In this document: positions 58,698-64,000 of the stretch, piece after piece
How the letters are laid out: every line of letters begins with the position of its first letter
Numbering within the stretch: position 1 is the stretch's first letter
Assembly: GCA_010356995.1 (NCBI GenBank)
Contig: ML996695.1
Coordinates: 629,061-693,060 of the forward strand
DNA from: Trichodelitschia bisporula
Lineage: Eukaryota
Direction: 5' to 3'
Length of the DNA: 64,000 bases
Made by a program: the position numbers and the translations under genes
The notes under the pieces: generated by a model
The model's input: the letters and a program-made list of their open reading frames with translations, nothing else
Database searches by the model: none
Told to the model about the DNA's origin: nothing

Positions 58698-61600
58698 CTA
58701 TCGCTGGCGCTTCGCCATCTGTTCCATGGTATCCGCGCCGCCGTAGTCCCAGCCCCGCTTATTGAGACCGGCGCCGAAGGAGCTTGCCACTACGTCCTGC
58801 CACATGGTAGGCGAAACGAAGTTGGGAGCGGGCGCCGCGTACGTCGTAGCTGGGGCGTTGGCAGGCAAGCCCATGTGGGTTCCGTGAGGTGAGTAGCCCG
58901 TCTGCGGTGAGTATGCTGTTTGGCCCAATTGGGCTTGTCCTTGGGTCATGCGTATGTCATAATTGCCTGCGGGCGGTGCTCTTAGAGGAGGGGACGGTTG
59001 AGAGGCGGTGCTTGAAGGAGGCGTACCAAAGGCTGAAGTCCATTGACTACAGGAGTTAGTGAAGACTAATCACAGGAGCGAGCGAACTCACTCAAATATT
59101 CTGGTCGGATTCCACTGCCCATGGTAGGGATCCTGGGACTGGACCGCAGCCGGAGCACCCTGGGCCATCACATTCAAGGACTGAACTATGGGAGAGTCAG
59201 TCTTGCAGTCCTCGTCCGTTGCGCTGACTGGCGGTGTGATGGGGTGGATCATGTTGTAATTGGCCTGGCTGGGGCCGAGGGACATGTCTTGGCCGGATGG
59301 TTGGGACCGGTACGCACCGTCGGGTAAAGGACTGGCATTATCATGCGGAGGCGGGCTTCCACACGGAAAGCTTGCCCGTAACTCGAACGGCCGGTTGATG
59401 TCGGCAGAGAAGGCTTCCCGCAGCGCTTCGATTTGGCTTTGCATCTCCGGCAAAGGCCACATCGGTGCAATCTTTTCCAAGATCCTCATGTGTCGCACAA
59501 AATAGTCCCGGGCGTCGGTATTGAGCTCAGGATCTGGGGAGGTAATAGAAGCCTGCTTCTGGTTAGATCGGTTGCAGCTGAAGAGAAGACGCTTACTAGA
59601 TGCAGCATGGTACAGGTTAAGACGCAGTAAATGGTAAAGCTGATGCCACGCTGCATTCCCATCAACCCAGGCGTGCCGTAACTTTGCAGCATGCTCTCCT
59701 GAATGCGACACATTTTCTTGGCTGCGTCGTAGCAGATCAGCATGTGATCCCGCCAGAATCCATCCGTCTCGGTCAAGTAGTGTATTTGTGGCCGGTGGTG
59801 CATGATTGTGGAGAGGTAGTGGTAACAGTGAACATTCCCGATAAAGGCTGAAGGAACCCACACCGCCTGATCCTGTGGTGGATAGAGGAGTTGGAAATCA
59901 GATGGAAGCTCTATCAACCATTTGGGATATTGCTTATCCAGAGCCGCGAAATCGGGATCTAAAGCCCACGCCTTTTTAGACTTGCGCAACCTCGCGTACA
60001 CCTTAATGGTGCTTTTGATATTCTTTACGACACGGGCGAAGTAAACGAAGTGGCGTGACACCTGGAGTTCGTCCTCGTCAACACCGGGAAGCGAGATAGG
60101 TGGCTGAAGTTCAACGGTATCCTCGTCCACGCCGAAATCAACACGCCCTAATGAGATTTAGTTAGGCTCAAAAGCCAAAAGGGTGCTACCAACCTTGTGG
60201 GCCGCCAATCATGGCTTCCAGGATGAAGAGAGTCTGCCAGATGCGCGTTTTTGCGACGCAATCCCAGATATTGTCACATAATTGTCCGGCTTCATGAGCT
60301 TCGTGATGCTGGTGCAGATCCAGGTCCTTGGCCATCGCGACCATGTTCACTACAGTCATCCAAGAGCGGTAGAAGTAGCCACGCTTCGGCGCCGCCTCGC
60401 GGGCTTTCAGTATCAGGAGCATAGCTTGAATAGTACTCAAGCGGGGTACGTCCTTGAAGCTTTCCTCGTGTTCTGCATGGATGAGCATCGTATATCGCAA
60501 TAAGAAAGGAAGTTAAACATACTAGCCGCAAGCGCAAGCCACTTACTGCCCTCCTGCACTTCGTCCAGCATCAACGAGCTGCAAGCAAATATCGCTTCCA
60601 ACATCAAGGGAGAGATGGACTCGCGATTTGTATCCCACTGATGATAGAAGGACTGGCGCTGAAGGACAGGAACAAAAGGATGGATGTTATTGAAGAAGCA
60701 GTCGAAATACCGCAGTGCTTGTTCTTCGCTTGGCATCATCTCCAGGGGGATGCGGACGCGCGAGTCTGGACTCATTGTCTGAGGAAGGTTAATCTCAATT
60801 TCCTCCACAGCTGGCGCTTCAGCTAGCTTTTTGTTTCCGGCGATGTAGGGCGCTGGCAGAGTTAGCAGAAGTCAGCATGCATGAGAGTAAGTTGTACCGA
60901 TTCCTAGGTGGTCGATTTTAAGCTCCGTCATGGCTTCGCTCAACTCGTCGGCCATGCTCGAGACAACGCTGCCATCGGATTTCCACGAACTGTCTGGCGC
61001 CGATACTGACGGTATGCCCGGCGGGGGTGTCGCGTAGCTTATTTGCGGATATTTAATCTGGGATTCTGGTATCGCCACAGCAGGTACACCACCATATGGA
61101 AGCTGCGGTTGTGTGGAATCGATGTATGTAGGTGACTGATAAGCGCCCATCGGCTCAACGTAATTGCTACGCACTTGCGGCGGCATGCTCTGCGCAACCG
61201 GCGCATATTGGGGAGGCGGTTGACGGTGGTAGTCGCTGATGTTTCCGATAGGGATGGTGGGGTAATCATTGACCCTCTGGATCTCGAAAGTATGCACGCC
61301 GGGGCTGGTGGAGGAGTCCTTCTCGTAGCTAACCGTCGGTGGAACGCAGTTCAGCTTCAGTCTTGTGCAGGCTGCGCAGGGCCATGAGTTCGTCGTCGCC
61401 GCATCGCACTTGATTTTCCGACGTCTGCACCCTTCACATGCCCGCATCACTGCCCACACATCAGCATGTCCACCCTCAACCAATATGGGAGTGTAGTGTA
61501 CCTTTCAGGCGCTTATGCCGATTGTGCTCGTCAACGAAAACATAGTCTATTGCGCAAACCTGGTCAGCGGGTCCGTATCAAAGCACGATCATGGGCCAGA

Positions 61601-61741
61601 CTCACTGCGCTGTTGCGGCTCCCTCGGGGCCAGCACCGTTGGAGCAAAACTGTAGCCCTGAGTCTGTGTGGCCTGCGGCAACAGTGGCCTGGAGCTGTTC
61701 TCGCTCGCCATGCCCGACGATGCGTATGTATCGGCTGACAT
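58698..61741 (-). CDS. Zn(II)2Cys6 transcription factor with fungal-specific TF (middle homology) domain, about 8 exons
   Basis: The spliced N-terminus reads MSADTYASSGMASENSSRPLLP...NYVFVDEHNRHKRLKVMRACEGCRRRKIKCDAATTNSWPCAACTRLKLNCVPP. Later motifs are FFNNIHPFVPVL, LSTIQAMLLILKARE and MHHRPQ. The start is 61741 or 61711. Confidence 0.92.
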
Positions 61742-62649
61742 CGAGGTGAGGAGGTCGGGAAAAGGATGGGGCGCAGGGCCGTGTGCGGCAAGTGCTGGTG
61801 GTGGGCAGGCGGCCAGGTGGGGTGCGGCACGTTTCGATGCGCTAGGATATCTGTGCGGCTCACTGGTAAGGCTCTAGACCTCAGGCAGGTGGGGGAAAGG
61901 CGGGCAGTAAATAGGACAGGCGGAAGAACGATGGTGCAGTGGGAACGCGGGCAAATGATACCTTACGACTGTGGGGTGAGAGGCGCGTCTAACGCGGGGA
62001 CGGGTGCAGTGAGCGCATCAATCGAGGCAAGTATTGGCAGGAAAGTCTCCCCGGAGTATCCTGGAGGGGCGAAAGGCTTCGGGATAGGTATTTAAGATGA
62101 CGAGTGGCGCTGGGGCGGGCGTATGTCGTTAGATTCCGGTGAGGTCGTCTGGTGTGTGTGGCTGAATTCGAGGCTCGAGGTTTGACGATGAAGTTCGAGG
62201 GTACAGGTAATGTGGATCTTTCACGCCAGGACGTTTGCGCTGACAAGGGAAAGACGGGCGCTCGGATCTCAATAGAGGTCGGAGATGAGGGGGCTTGGGA
62301 CTGGAAGCCTACGAGGGAGGGGTGGGGAGGAGGGGTGTGAGAGTTGGTATGGGTAGTTGGGAGTTGCGGGGGGTTGGGATAATGGGGTGAGGGGTGTAGG
62401 TAGGTAGAGAGGGTGGAAAATAATGAGAAACGGGGAGGCTGTCGAGATAACCGACAAGAAAACAAGCACCGACCAAGTGTGGAGAGAGAAGAAACTAGCA
62501 CAGGGAAGATGGGAAATAGAGAGGACGATCATCAAGGGCGATGGACGAGTCTAGTGTCAAGAAATGGAACAAGCGCACGCGAGGAATTCCATATGTTCCC
62601 TCTGCTAAGAAGCGGAATCATGACACTACTATGCAGGATACGTTTAGTT

Positions 62650-62673
62650 AGCAGCAGCAACAGCAGCAGCAGC
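62650..62673. repeat. Imperfect (AGC)8 microsatellite
   Basis: agcagcagcaacagcagcagcagc, upstream of the TF gene. Confidence 0.7.
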
Positions 62674-64000
62674 CAGTATCTAGCACCCCCTCCCTCACCC
62701 CAGCAGCAGTGGATATTGCGTTCAGAGTACGGATGTATCCAAATGCTTCTTTCACCATCTCAGATATCCTACTACCTCCGTAGTTCTAGAGCATATGCAT
62801 TCGGCAACCATTTGGCCATCTAATGCCGGTTAAGAGGCGCCCTTGAGTCCTCTACGAATGCGCGTTGCAAGCTGTACGGATGTACGGGTAGGCCGCAGGC
62901 CATCTCAGACTCTAGTCTAGATAGACTTCGACTTGCGGCTGGTGGCTTCTCCGTAGCATGCCTATCCAAGCACCTTGTCTACTGTCCTTCCCCTCCCCCA
63001 TCCCCTCCCCCCACACGCACTACAGCCAGCCCGTTTCTGGACCTTGATTCCCACAGAAGTGCAGAATCGGCCAAAACTCTCCCACCTGCCAACCACTTAC
63101 CTTAGCTTGTCGGCGGTTGAGGGCGTGAAAGAAGCGCCAGTGAGACGCCTCTAGCTACCATTACCTGACGTCTCAGCGGAGCACGAGGATATGGCCTGGG
63201 TCACGGCAGTTCCCAGCGAGCACCGTCATCCAGTCGCTCTCGTCGTGACCATATTGCCAGACCGACCGTTCTGAGCTGAACACTAGACTCACGCGCGTAT
63301 CCCGAATATACACATTGCGCACATACCACACCACACAGACGAATAATCCATCTGATGGGCGGAGCGGGTGAACCAAAGAAGGTGGTGGACGAGGTTGCGT
63401 TGCGTCTTGCAGTTACAGGCAGCTCGGGCCCCACCGACAATTGTAAACCGAGGCCGTTTTTTTTGACGCTCGGACGTTCAGATGTCTCGACCTCGATGCT
63501 GTGAATATGGCGACTCGAGTGGCCAAAGGGAGGGAAAGAAGAGCAAATACGGATGTGAACACTTGAACCAACGGTGTAAGCCGTTGCGGCGTGTGGAGAA
63601 AAGTCAAAGGAATATGCCCACTGTAACCTCAGGGCTCAACCCCCAGAGTCCTAGGGGGGCGACACGGTCACCACACCTTGCAGGGGGGGCTGATGTGGAA
63701 GTGGGACAAGGCCCCACGCTGCGCATCGAGATTTGCGATTCACGAAGCTGCAACTCACAACGATGTGGGCTTTCCAAGCAAACTGGTCATGCTGTAGCAA
63801 GCAAAAGCTCTCAGGCTGTTCGGCTCGCCTTGTCAAGCTTCATTTTCGCCCCCTTTTTTTGTTCCGGGCCCGCCACCATCATTGCGCGTCGTAGGGCATC
63901 GCGGTGGCAAGCTGCGAGGACCAAGTGATTGGGTTTGCTCGAAAAGAAGCCAGCTCTCCGCCTTCTAGCAACTTTGTGAACCGCTCTCCCCGGGGTGTCG

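Noticed and set aside
53667..61741. Epimerase, SRPBCC protein and Zn2Cys6 TF as a secondary-metabolite cluster
   Set aside because: There is no PKS, NRPS or terpene backbone gene in the window, and the TF and epimerase look like broadly conserved genes.
62039..62300. RNase MRP-like GGAAAGTCTCCCCGG and GGGGCTT
   Set aside because: The P4 motifs are imperfect and the sequence lies antisense within the TF leader.
63094..63170. U1 snRNA-like ACTTACCT
   Set aside because: No U1-70K or U1A loops and no Sm site; more simply an antisense GTAAGT.

Overview
This window is gene-dense nuclear DNA from a filamentous ascomycete (Pezizomycotina, probably Dothideomycete-like; the taxonomy is inferred from protein similarity and short GT-AG introns with CTRAC branch sites). 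I can support about 24 protein-coding genes, mostly housekeeping. They are ERG10 (3' part), TEL2, UBA3, a secreted Pro-rich protein, a DUF202 protein, ZRC1, a Kic1/Nak1-like kinase, a small Gly-rich protein, RRN3, a Skg3/Caf120-like PH protein, an EPR-1/BP1-like BAH-PHD reader, RPC40, the complex I 49-kDa subunit, a TOS1-like protein, PEX13, UBE2W, SSB1, a CPT1/EPT1-family enzyme, an unknown 320-aa protein, ATP3, TOP1, an NAD-dependent epimerase, an SRPBCC protein and a Zn2Cys6 transcription factor. I see no tRNA, rRNA, transposon or CRISPR element, and I cannot support a clearly novel multi-gene system. The best leads are at the RNA level: a hairpin-dense non-coding block with a Pol III B-box-like motif (about 57.1-57.8 kb), a structured long intron in the complex I gene, micro-exons and a GC-AG intron, and ORF-poor intergenic segments with transcript-like composition. 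Two uncharacterised genes also have informative promoter motifs. Gene models and family assignments were made by eye and from memory of the families; no searches were run.
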